The position numbers and the translations under genes are program-made. 64,000 nt of DNA, taken from positions 574-64,573 of the forward strand of contig JBCCHQ010000015.1 of the NCBI GenBank assembly GCA_039028735.1. The letters are read 5' to 3'. The notes under the pieces are model-generated. The model saw only the letters and a program-made list of their open reading frames with translations, was not told where the DNA came from and ran no database searches. Of the stretch, positions 1-8,738 are shown one piece after another. The DNA is from Planctomycetota bacterium (GTDB lineage: Bacteria > Planctomycetota > UBA8108 > UBA1146 > JAJFFE01). How positions within the stretch are numbered: the stretch's first letter is position 1; each line of letters starts with the position of its first letter.

Positions 1-975
1 ATGCGGCAGCGCACCCTGCCAAGCAGCCGGCGCCGGCGTCCCCTGCATCCGCGATAGGATCTCGTTGGCGGCGCCCCATCCCAGTGGCTGTACTGGGATC
101 TTGGGCAGCGCCAGTATCTTGGGGTCCACTCGGGGCGCACTATCGAGAGCCACAGCGAACGGCGTCAGCGGATCTCCTGGGTACGGCAGCGTCTTGATCG
201 AGCCGCGCTGAATCGAAGTCGCATTGCACCAACCACCGACCGGGTAGGGCTGACCACGGCGGTAGCCGCTGTCGGCCGGATCGGTGTAGAGCAATAGCCC
301 GACCGCGCCCGCAGCCTCAGCAAAGCGCGCCTTGAAACCACGAAACGACCGACCATAGCGTGCGATGACGATCTTGCCGCGTACATCGATGCCTAGCTTG
401 GCCAGTTCGTCGAAGTCCGACTTCGTGCCGTAGTTCGCGTACACCACTTCCGCGGTAACGTCGCCGCTAGCGCTGTAAGCATTCCAGCCGATCCCGAGTT
501 GCGGGTGCGCCGTCTGCGTATCGCCGGTAACTGGCCTCTCCTGCAGCGCCAGCTCGATCGGCTTGGCGTCTTGTTGCCCGGCCCAACGTTGCACCGTGAC
601 AGCGGCACTGACGCTCTCGGGAATGTAGACGCGCAGCTCCTGCACTTCGACCTGTAACCCCAGCTCGGCGAACGTCAGCGCCAATTTCTCGATCATGCGC
701 TGGTCGCTGTCGGTGCCCGCCGGGTGGGGCTCGGCGCAAACGGCGTCGTGCAGGGCTCGCAAGCGATCGGCTCGCGGTGTCTGCGACAGCCTCGCTTCAT
801 AAGCCTGCTGCGACGCGCGAGCGGCGGGCTGCCACCACCGCCACGCCGCAGCGGCACCCTCTACGGCCGCGCCGGCTCCGGCTGCCGCCTGGGCGGGGTC
901 GGCCGGGGACTGATCATTGGCAAACGAAAGCGACGAACACGCCAACACGAGGAGCAGAGTCATCCGTCGGGGCAT
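1..975 (-). CDS. M28-family peptidase with PA domain (glutamate carboxypeptidase II / transferrin-receptor-like), N-terminal 325 codons; the C-terminus lies beyond the window start
   Basis: Absent from the ORF track because it runs off the window. The reverse frame is open from the ATG at 975-973 down to base 1. My translation gives MPRRMTLLLVLACSSLSFA (signal peptide), then VVYANYGTKSDFDELAKLGIDVRGKIVIARYGRSFRGFKARFAEAAGAVGLLLYTDPAD (typical PA-domain stretch of GCPII-like M28 enzymes), then LPYPGDPLTP. Confidence 0.7.
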   Translation of the reverse strand, partial: MPRRMTLLLVLACSSLSFANDQSPADPAQAAAGAGAAVEGAAAAWRWWQPAARASQQAYEARLSQTPRADRLRALHDAVCAEPHPAGTDSDQRMIEKLALTFAELGLQVEVQELRVYIPESVSAAVTVQRWAGQQDAKPIELALQERPVTGDTQTAHPQLGIGWNAYSASGDVTAEVVYANYGTKSDFDELAKLGIDVRGKIVIARYGRSFRGFKARFAEAAGAVGLLLYTDPADSGYRRGQPYPVGGWCNATSIQRGSIKTLPYPGDPLTPFAVALDSAPRVDPKILALPKIPVQPLGWGAANEILSRMQGTPAPAAWQGALPH

Positions 976-999
976 TGTTTCTCTCCAGCTCACAGCTTG

Positions 1000-1473
1000 T
1001 CAGCAACTGATCACTTGTGCGATCGACCACGTAACGTCAGGCGCCGCGGCCGAGTTCCAATCCTGCGCCTCGCATTGCAACAGTGCAGCCGTCCCTGGCG
1101 CAAACGGGACACTCTCGCCCGTCAGTGATGCGACCACATCCGAGCATCCGGGATTGTGGGCCACGAGCAACAAGACACCGTCGGTCGAAGCCGACGCGAT
1201 CACGCTGCGCAGCGTCGACACTTCCGCGAGATACAGTTGGTCGAGAAACTCGGCCTCCGTCGCGCTCCACTCGGACGCCATTGCCGCCACGGTGTCACGC
1301 GTCCGCCGTGCGCTGCTACTGTAGATCTGCGCCGGACTCCAGCCAGCGGCGGCGATCGCCGCGCCGACGCCGGCGGCGCCTTCAACCCCTCCCCGCGTCA
1401 ATGGCCGGTCGAGGTCCTGTGCGCTCCAACCGGCCGTGGCGTGGCGCATGATAATCAAGCGTCGCTGGCTCAT
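1000..1473 (-). CDS. sixA: SixA-type histidine phosphatase (phosphohistidine phosphatase family)
   Basis: ORF 1000..1569 trimmed to the internal ATG at 1473 (MSQRRLIIMRHATAGW). It has the RHA/RHG catalytic motif near the N-terminus and a second His motif LLLVAHNPG. Size is about 157 aa. Confidence 0.7.
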   Translation of the reverse strand: MSQRRLIIMRHATAGWSAQDLDRPLTRGGVEGAAGVGAAIAAAGWSPAQIYSSSARRTRDTVAAMASEWSATEAEFLDQLYLAEVSTLRSVIASASTDGVLLLVAHNPGCSDVVASLTGESVPFAPGTAALLQCEAQDWNSAAAPDVTWSIAQVISC

Positions 1474-1891
1474 TTCCCGTTCCCCCCGTGTCAGACATGG
1501 CCGCAAGAGACGACAGATTGTGCGGAGGAAGCGCTGCGAAATCGAGGGGCTGTTGTTGCGTTTCGGCAATCCGCCGCAGTCGCGATTTCGTCTTGGCGCT
1601 CGTCAACAAGTCGCGGTACCTTTGAGACTTCGATTGGGCTTCCTCCCGACAAAGAAGGACCTCCCTGACGAGGGGATTTTTGGCGGGAGTCGTCAAGAGT
1701 GTTTCTCTGGATGAGAAGCCTCGGGAGAACCGAGGCTAGAGAAACCGGCGCGATCGCTTGGGCGAGGGATCGGGAGCGCGGGGGCAGGTAGTCGTTCTGC
1801 GATGGGACCCACGACGGGCTGTCGCGACCGTATGTTTGGGACCAAAGTCGAGTCCTAGCTCTATAGAGCCTGCTTCGAGGGGAAAGGCTGT

Positions 1892-2731
1892 TTGATGAGA
1901 AACGCAGGGAAGTACGGGATCTTGATCGGCGCCCTGGTGCTGAGCCTGTTCGCGACGAGCGCGAATGCCCAGTACACGCTGTCGGTCGGGAACGAAGAAG
2001 CACGTCCGGAGGAATCCTTCGCGGTGCCGGTGAATGGCTATTGGGTGCAGCCGATCCTTGGCTACTCGCTGTCAATCGCAACGCCACAGGTCGTTCCGGC
2101 GACTGGCCTCACGGTGACGATCGCAAGCACTCAAGTCGGCGCGATGAATCCCGAGTTCTTCGTCTCGACGGTGAACCCCGGTGAGATCGTCGTGGCGCTC
2201 CTTTTCGAGTTTACTCCTCCCTTCGACGGCGTCACGTTGGGCACGTTCGGTGGCCCTACGCCGATCGCTCACATCGAAGGAACGGTCCCCGTCAACACGC
2301 CGGTGCAGACGATCGGCTTCGTCCCCACAGACGGCCTGGGTGTGCCACCAACCCTGAATCTGTTCTCGGTCGAGAACGGTACGAACGCGCCGATCGACGT
2401 CGCTCCTTCGACGATGACCGCTGGCTCGCTGACGATCTTGGAGCCGATCCCGGTGCCCGTGTTCATTCGCGGCGACGCGCACCAAAACGGCGCCATCGAT
2501 CTGGGCGACCCGATCTTCATTCTGACGTTCCTGTTTGGTGTCTTCGGCGGTCAAACACCGCCCTGCCTCGACGCAGCCGACGCCAACGACGATGGATTCC
2601 TGAACATCGGTGACCCGGTTTATCTGCTCGAATTCCTCTTCGGTGGCGGCAGCCAGCCACCGGAGCCGTTCGACGTCCCCGGCGATGATACGACCCCGGA
2701 CTTTCACAACCTCAGCTGCCTCAGCTGGTAG
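1892..2731 (+). CDS. Secreted protein with a cohesin-like N-terminal beta-domain and a C-terminal double dockerin-like (EF-hand-type) repeat
   Basis: Signal peptide MMRNAGKYGILIGALVLSLFATSANA. The C-terminus carries FIRGDAHQNGAIDLGDPIFILTFLF and DAADANDDGFLNIGDPVYLLEFLF (D-x-N/D-x-DG ... D ... LL..LF repeats). The N-terminal pattern (..GYSLSI.., ..GEIVVALLFEF.., ..IAHIEGTVPVNTPVQTIGFVP.., ..AGSLTI) resembles cohesin modules. Confidence 0.65.
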   Translation: MMRNAGKYGILIGALVLSLFATSANAQYTLSVGNEEARPEESFAVPVNGYWVQPILGYSLSIATPQVVPATGLTVTIASTQVGAMNPEFFVSTVNPGEIVVALLFEFTPPFDGVTLGTFGGPTPIAHIEGTVPVNTPVQTIGFVPTDGLGVPPTLNLFSVENGTNAPIDVAPSTMTAGSLTILEPIPVPVFIRGDAHQNGAIDLGDPIFILTFLFGVFGGQTPPCLDAADANDDGFLNIGDPVYLLEFLFGGGSQPPEPFDVPGDDTTPDFHNLSCLSW

Positions 2732-2832
2732 GCGCTGAAGGTCGTGGCCAACGGGTCCAAGACCCGAGAGGCGCAGCGAGACGAGCACGAGCGAAGCAAA
2801 GAATAAACGCTGTAAACGAGGAAAAGAGGACG

Positions 2833-2868
2833 GGCGCTGGTAGCCAGGCTACCAGCGCCGTTTTCTTT
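2833..2868. terminator. Bidirectional Rho-independent terminator between convergent genes
   Basis: Perfect 12-bp stem GGCGCTGGTAGC (2833-2844), loop CAG, then GCTACCAGCGCC (2848-2859), followed by GTTTTCTTT. The opposite strand reads a T-rich tail (CGTCCTCTTTTC) after the same stem. Confidence 0.75.
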
Positions 2869-2918
2869 GGCCGAGTTGCTGTGGGGAGTTGCTGTCTCGC
2901 AAGCCTGCCCGTGGCGAA

Positions 2919-4169
2919 TCAGAAGTCGATTCGGACGCGCAGCGAGGCTACTGTCGCGTTGTCGACCCCAGCTCCCCCAGGATGGCGAATGAACTGCAGG
3001 TCTGGTTGCACCGCCAACCACGGCAACAGCTGCACCGTGTGGTAGAGCTCGATAGCCGTCTCCGCATTCTCGGTGAAACCGGCCATCGGGTCGCCACTCA
3101 ACTCGACAGTATGCGCGATCAGGCCTGTACTGTTTGCAACGTCCCCGTACGCGGAAGAAAACACGAGGCCCCCACCGAAGTGACGCTCGAACTCGGTGAC
3201 GTGGTCATCGTCAGTTTCTGCATACACCGCAAACAACGACAACAGCTGGGGAAGATCCACCGACGAGTCCTCGTACAGCGTTTGCTCGAAGCCCGCGTAC
3301 CAACCGCCGACTCCGCGCTCCATCCCGCCCGAAAAATCGGTGAACCGACCGTTGTGGTGCCACCCACCGACAAACCCGCGACCACTTGCCCAAGCCTGCG
3401 ATAGTTCGCCGATCAAGAAGTAGTCAGTCGACCCCTCGAAAAACGTACTGATCCCGTTGTTGCCCGTCGTGACACCATCGACAGACGCTCCGTCGTACAG
3501 GCCAATCCCCAGCTGTTGCCCCTCCCACAGCTTGGCAAACAAGTTCACGCTCATCGCCGGATCAGGATACGTCGGGAACGTGAAGATCGTCGGCGAAAAC
3601 CCGCTCGATGAATGAATCGACTCGGCCCCTGCTTCAACAAAGGAGAACTCCGTATTCGCGTCCACCTTTCCGACTTTCAGGCGCAGCAGATCCGCGATCG
3701 GTAGCTCGTACCAGAACTCGGCGAGCTGATGCCGATTCGGTGCGTCGATGTTACTGAACGCTTGTAAGTCACCAACGACCGTCGACGCATCCGGGCCCAC
3801 TTGCGATTGAAAGTTTACTGACGCCTGTCCCGCTCCGAAGCCGAGCAGCTTCTCGACGTCGATGTTCGCGCGCAGATCCAACAGGCTTCGAGTGCGAGAA
3901 TCGTGTTCGATCCCGCCAGAGATCGACTTCGAGACATCGATTGTGTAGCTCCCCTCGACGGTGACTCCGCTGTCATCAAGGACGCGGCGACCCGCCTCGA
4001 GGGTCTCGAAGAGAGTATCTTGATACCACCACGATCCGAACTCGCGTGCTTCGCCACCTGCGGTTGCATCTTGGGCCACGACATCCCCAGTGAGAGTCAA
4101 GGAGAACCAGGCCCCCACCGCGAAGCTGATCAAGGTAATCACGCGACTGCGCGCACACTCTCTGCTCAT
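2919..4169 (-). CDS. OprB-family carbohydrate-selective porin (outer-membrane beta-barrel)
   Basis: N-terminal signal-like segment, alternating beta-strand pattern, and motifs typical of the OprB family (..QAFSNIDAPN..LAEFWYE..). The last residue is Phe (..LRVRIDF), as in OMPs. Confidence 0.7.
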   Translation of the reverse strand: MSRECARSRVITLISFAVGAWFSLTLTGDVVAQDATAGGEAREFGSWWYQDTLFETLEAGRRVLDDSGVTVEGSYTIDVSKSISGGIEHDSRTRSLLDLRANIDVEKLLGFGAGQASVNFQSQVGPDASTVVGDLQAFSNIDAPNRHQLAEFWYELPIADLLRLKVGKVDANTEFSFVEAGAESIHSSSGFSPTIFTFPTYPDPAMSVNLFAKLWEGQQLGIGLYDGASVDGVTTGNNGISTFFEGSTDYFLIGELSQAWASGRGFVGGWHHNGRFTDFSGGMERGVGGWYAGFEQTLYEDSSVDLPQLLSLFAVYAETDDDHVTEFERHFGGGLVFSSAYGDVANSTGLIAHTVELSGDPMAGFTENAETAIELYHTVQLLPWLAVQPDLQFIRHPGGAGVDNATVASLRVRIDF

Positions 4170-4278
4170 CGAGTTCCTTTACAAGATTCGTTGGGTTGCG
4201 ACCGCCCTGCTGAGTGGAGTAACGTATTTGGACCTGCCGTTCAAGTTTGTGATCCGAACACGAGAGGCGCAGTCGCGG

Positions 4279-6147
4279 ATGAGCATCGTCACCGTCGTCA
4301 CTTCCTGCGATGAGGTGGCGCAACTCGTTGGCTGGGGAGAGATCCTTGCGCGTTCGTTCGAGCAGCCGCTCGTCGTCGTGCCATTCGAGAACGACAAAAT
4401 CGCAACTGAAGCTGGCGACACGAGTACCGCCACCAGACCGGGCACGACAACCGTGCGCGAGACGGCCATCGCGGCGTGCAATGCACTTGTGGACGGCGTA
4501 CGTCACGAAGTCGTTCCGCCACAGGAGAACCAGACTCGCACGCAGGCCGTCCTGGCCGTGACTCGGGCCCGCAAGGCGAGCCACCTGATCGTCGGCAAGC
4601 AGCCGATCCCACGCAAGCAGCGGCACCCATTGCACCTGCCGCGGGCTCTGTTTGAGCAAGCGCCGTGCACAGTCGTATTGATCAGGGTTCAAAGTGGCGA
4701 CGTAACAAAGCCCAAGAAGGTGCTGGTCGCCGTCGCGAGCGGCCCGCACAGTGCCAGTGCGCTGCGCGTCGGCGCCCACGCCGTGGACCCGGCGACCGGC
4801 AGCGAGCTCACGGCCCTTCGGGTACAACCGCTCGCCGGTGAAGAGTCGACGGCAGTCGGTGAACATCTCGTCGACCGCGTGATCATGTCCGCCGACCTGA
4901 AGGACAACGTTCGCGTGCGCAAGAAGGTGATCTTGTCGGACCAAGTGTGGCCGGCAATCTCCGGCGAGGCACAGCAAGGTTACGATCTTGTACTCGTCGG
5001 TGCGTCGCACGTAGGGGTACTACGACGCGCCCTCTTTGGGACCGTCCCGGACCGCCTGCTCTCGACCGACAACAAGCCTGGCGCCACAGTCGCGATCGTG
5101 CGCCGCCAATGGCCCCTCCTGGCCCGCCTACGAGCGCGCATCGAGGTCTGGCTCGACCTCGCGATCCCGCAGCTGACACGCACGGAACGCGTCGATGTTT
5201 TTGAGAAACTACAAACGGGTTCGCGCTGGAACTTCGACTTCTTCTTGTTGATCTCTCTCAGTACCGCTATCGCCAGCCTAGGGCTGCTGCAAGACAGTGC
5301 CGCTGTCGTGATCGGGGCGATGCTCGTCGCCCCTCTCATGACGCCACTGCTCGGCGCCGGCCTGTCGCTCGTGCAAGGCAACTTGCCGTTGATCCGTCGC
5401 ACGTCGTTCTCGATCGGCCTCGGCTTTTTCACAGCCGTCGCCATCGGCAGCATTGCGGGCTTGAGCGTTGGTGTGCCCAGCTTGACGCCGCAGCTGCTGG
5501 CCCGCGGCGCGCCGAACCTGCTCGACCTCGTCATCGCGTTTCTGTCCGGGATTGCGGCAGCCCACTGCAGCAGCCGACAGGGACTCTCGGCAGCCCTCCC
5601 AGGAGTCGCGATCGCTGCCGCGCTCGTGCCACCGATAGCAACGGTTGGCATCTGTTTGGCCGCTGGTGAGACCAGCACGGCGCGCGGAGCGGCACTACTG
5701 TTTGGCACCAACGTGGTTGCCATCGTGCTCGGCGCCGCTGTCAGCTTCTACGGTGGGGGCATCCGCCCACCGAAAGCCGAGAACGGACGCCGCTGGGTAC
5801 GGCAAGTGATGCTGGGGCTGTTGTTGATCCTCGCTGTTCTCACGGTCCCACTCGGTTCGTTCTTGGTCGCGAACCTCGCGGGATCCCCCCCTCTCGAGAG
5901 GACGGATCAGCGAGCCTTGGCGGCGGCCATCGACAGCTGGCCAGGCTGCCGACTGGAACGGGCACGCTTCTACGACGATGACTCCGGACAGGGAGTCCTG
6001 CTGGAGATCAACGCACCTGCGCCGTTGACGAAGCAGGAGATGAACTTCATCGTTCGTTTGGTCCATCGTGAGGTGAGCCCCAATCTAGGCGTGCGCATCC
6101 AGACGCAATTGGTACATGAAGCGACCCCAAGAGGTGCCAAGCCATGA
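4279..6147 (+). CDS. Universal-stress-protein-like domains fused to a DUF389 (TIGR00341-type) integral membrane domain
   Basis: ORF 4090..6147 trimmed to the ATG at 4279 to avoid overlap with the porin gene. USP-like segment: KKVLVAVASGPHS...LVLVGASHVGVLRRALFGTVPDRLL. DUF389-like segment: FDFFLLISLSTAIASLGLLQDSAAVVIGAMLVAPLMTPLLGAGLSL, followed by several TM helices. Confidence 0.7.
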   Translation: MSIVTVVTSCDEVAQLVGWGEILARSFEQPLVVVPFENDKIATEAGDTSTATRPGTTTVRETAIAACNALVDGVRHEVVPPQENQTRTQAVLAVTRARKASHLIVGKQPIPRKQRHPLHLPRALFEQAPCTVVLIRVQSGDVTKPKKVLVAVASGPHSASALRVGAHAVDPATGSELTALRVQPLAGEESTAVGEHLVDRVIMSADLKDNVRVRKKVILSDQVWPAISGEAQQGYDLVLVGASHVGVLRRALFGTVPDRLLSTDNKPGATVAIVRRQWPLLARLRARIEVWLDLAIPQLTRTERVDVFEKLQTGSRWNFDFFLLISLSTAIASLGLLQDSAAVVIGAMLVAPLMTPLLGAGLSLVQGNLPLIRRTSFSIGLGFFTAVAIGSIAGLSVGVPSLTPQLLARGAPNLLDLVIAFLSGIAAAHCSSRQGLSAALPGVAIAAALVPPIATVGICLAAGETSTARGAALLFGTNVVAIVLGAAVSFYGGGIRPPKAENGRRWVRQVMLGLLLILAVLTVPLGSFLVANLAGSPPLERTDQRALAAAIDSWPGCRLERARFYDDDSGQGVLLEINAPAPLTKQEMNFIVRLVHREVSPNLGVRIQTQLVHEATPRGAKP

Positions 6148-7778
6148 TTCACTTCTTGCGCCCATGCGTGCTGGCTACGTTGCTCGTCGTGTGCACCCCG
6201 ATCGCGGCCGCGGAAATCGAAGTTCGGACATTCTGGAACTTCGACAACCGTCTCGTCCCACAAGCATTCAACCGACTCCTCGTCACGGTGCACAATCCAT
6301 CGACCATCGAGTTCCACGATCATCTCGTCCTGGTTTCCGGCCTCCAGCAGTGGGTGCACGAAGTCTACGTATCTCCGGGTGCTACCCAGCACGTGGCGTT
6401 CTACGTCTATTCCGAGCACGAGTCGTGGGGCAATTGGATGCTGTCCGCAGCCCGTACAACGGGCCAACAGTGGAATGCAGACGGTCGCACCGGCACGCCA
6501 GAAGATAGCGTTTCGTTGATCGCTGGTGCCGGTTCGCCACTACCTGGCGGCGGCTATCCTAGCGCCCTCTTCCCCGATGACATCACCGGCGTGCCAACCT
6601 CGTTGACCACCGTCTTCATCGATCACTCACCTAGCTGGAGCCGCACGCAAGCCCGCGCTTTCGTTGACTGGATCCACCGCGGCGGCACCGTGATCGTGCA
6701 ACCCGATCAGTGGGGTGAAATGCCAGTGTTCAGCAACGCCCTCGAGCTGCTCAACGCGCCACCTCCGCTCTTCTTGGGGGGCGGCCGTGTACTGCGGGCA
6801 CAACCAGCAGCGCTACCAACCCAGCTACGGGCGCCGCAACACGCATTCCCTGTCGCAGCACTGACTCCGCGGCGGTGGACGGGCGAACACCAAGCGAAGC
6901 TCCGCCCCGATCATCCCTGGCCGCTGATCACGCTCGTGTGTTTCGTGTATTCCGTCTGCCTGATCATCGGGAATTTCATACTCGCTCGCCGTTGTCGCGG
7001 CCTAACGCTGACGATCATCGGGCTGTTGGTCACGGTCGGGCTGGCGACGCTAGCGATCTATGGTCTGGGCCGAATGAGCTACGACGCACAGAGCGCGCTC
7101 CATGAATTCGTCTACAAGCGCCCGGTGTCGGAAGGTCGCTGCGAGATCACAAGAGTTGCAACGCTCTTCTCTGCCACCGGAGGCCGCTACGAACCTTACG
7201 CTTCACAGCAGCCACAGCTACAAAGTGAGTTGTCCAACTGGCGCCGGATCGACAGTGCAATCGCCACCACTAGTGGCACGGAGATCACGTTGCCTCTGTT
7301 CTCGTCAAGAGACTTCGTGCACCGAAGCACAGATCAGATGCCGTCGCTGTTGCTCCGGGTCGGGGGTTTGCCCACCCCTGACCAACTGGATGCCGTCGGC
7401 GACAACCTGCAGTCCTCGTTCGCGGCGCTCGATGAGATTCGCGTCGAACTGGATGGCGAGCGTCCGCAGGGACTTGTCGCCTGGTTACAGCTAGGACAGT
7501 TCGTACACGGCCTGAAGTGGAAAGATGGCGTGGGTCGGGCAGCGCTGGGCAGCACGTTTCATCCTGCGCGCGACGTCATCATGGCCCGCGCTGGAGGCGA
7601 GAGCCACTGGTCGTCGGCACCCAACATTACGCTGACGTCCGAACCAGGCCCGAAGTGCGCCAACACCAGTATCGAACTGTTCTTCTCGTTCGAAAACAGC
7701 ACGGAACGCGCGATGAGTGGTCGCAAGGTCCAGGTGTTTTCGACCCACCTTCATCATCACACGTTGATGCAACGCTAG
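6144..7778 (+). CDS. Hypothetical signal-peptide/membrane protein, a possible accessory component of the downstream ABC transporter
   Basis: The ATGA overlap with the upstream gene indicates translational coupling. It has the signal peptide MIHFLRPCVLATLLVVCTPIAAA and central TM helices (PLITLVCFVYSVCLIIGNFIL, LTLTIIGLLVTVGLATLAIYGL). I recognised no catalytic motif. Confidence 0.55.
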   Translation: MIHFLRPCVLATLLVVCTPIAAAEIEVRTFWNFDNRLVPQAFNRLLVTVHNPSTIEFHDHLVLVSGLQQWVHEVYVSPGATQHVAFYVYSEHESWGNWMLSAARTTGQQWNADGRTGTPEDSVSLIAGAGSPLPGGGYPSALFPDDITGVPTSLTTVFIDHSPSWSRTQARAFVDWIHRGGTVIVQPDQWGEMPVFSNALELLNAPPPLFLGGGRVLRAQPAALPTQLRAPQHAFPVAALTPRRWTGEHQAKLRPDHPWPLITLVCFVYSVCLIIGNFILARRCRGLTLTIIGLLVTVGLATLAIYGLGRMSYDAQSALHEFVYKRPVSEGRCEITRVATLFSATGGRYEPYASQQPQLQSELSNWRRIDSAIATTSGTEITLPLFSSRDFVHRSTDQMPSLLLRVGGLPTPDQLDAVGDNLQSSFAALDEIRVELDGERPQGLVAWLQLGQFVHGLKWKDGVGRAALGSTFHPARDVIMARAGGESHWSSAPNITLTSEPGPKCANTSIELFFSFENSTERAMSGRKVQVFSTHLHHHTLMQR

Positions 7779-7787
7779 GGTGTCCGC

Positions 7788-8738
7788 ATGACCGAATCAT
7801 CGCCGGCAGTTGAGATAGAGGGCGTCAGCCATTGGTTCGGTCAGCGCAAAGCGCTCGACGACGTCGCGCTGCAGGTCGAGCGCGGGTCGATCCACGGCTT
7901 CGTCGGGGCCAATGGCGCAGGTAAGACCACGACTCTGAAGATGGTTGCGACGCTGCTGAAACCTGCCCGCGGCCGCGTCCGCATCTTTGGCAAGACGTTG
8001 CGGGGACACGACCGGTGGGCACAGCAAGACACGGGCTACATGCCCGACGACTGCGGATTGTACGAAAGCCTACGGGTCATCGAGTATCTGGACTTCTTCG
8101 CCGCCGCCTACGGCATCGGCAGGCGCCAACGAACAGAGCTCATCAAGGGCGTGCTCGAGCTGACAGACATGACTGGGCGCAGCGATGACCTGATCAAAGG
8201 GCTCAGCAGAGGGATGCGGCAGCGCGTCGCGCTAGCGCGCGTCTTGATCCATGATCCGCAGCTGTTGCTGCTCGATGAACCCGCGTCTGGGTTGGATCCT
8301 CGCGCACGTATCGAACTGATGGAGATCCTACGCGAACTGCGCCGCATGGGAAAAACGATCTTTATCAGCTCGCACATCCTGGCCGAACTCGCGGAGCTCT
8401 GCGATGCAGTGACCCTGATCGACCGGGGCAAGGTGCGCTACTCGGGTACCATGGATGCCTTGCTCGCGCGGGAGCAGGAAACAAGAGCGTATCTGGTACG
8501 CTTCGCCGATGCCGACGACTCGCTGGATGCAGCTCTCGAACAAACGCATGGGGTGGACAGCTTCGAATCGGTGGGTGGCGGGGAGTATCGCCTGCAAGTG
8601 CCGTGCGACGGCCCGTTGCCGCAGGAGCTCTTGCGTTCCCTCGTCGCGATTCGAGCGGATGTGTCAGGCTTCGCCGTCGATCGCAGGGGTCTCGACCAGG
8701 CGTTCTTGGACCTGACGGAGCCGGGGATCGAGGCATGA
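7788..8738 (+). CDS. ABC transporter ATP-binding protein
   Basis: Walker A GANGAGKTT, ABC signature LSRGMRQR, Walker B LLLLDEP, and H-loop SSHIL. Confidence 0.92.
   Translation: MTESSPAVEIEGVSHWFGQRKALDDVALQVERGSIHGFVGANGAGKTTTLKMVATLLKPARGRVRIFGKTLRGHDRWAQQDTGYMPDDCGLYESLRVIEYLDFFAAAYGIGRRQRTELIKGVLELTDMTGRSDDLIKGLSRGMRQRVALARVLIHDPQLLLLDEPASGLDPRARIELMEILRELRRMGKTIFISSHILAELAELCDAVTLIDRGKVRYSGTMDALLAREQETRAYLVRFADADDSLDAALEQTHGVDSFESVGGGEYRLQVPCDGPLPQELLRSLVAIRADVSGFAVDRRGLDQAFLDLTEPGIEA

Noticed and set aside
1706-1745. Hammerhead-ribozyme-like string CTGGATGAG ... stem ... AGAGAAAC
   Set aside because: The core deviates from CUGAUGA / CGAAAC by insertions (CUGGAUGA, AGAGAAAC), and no stem I/III with a cleavage-site triplet can be drawn. 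It is reported only as a generic hairpin.
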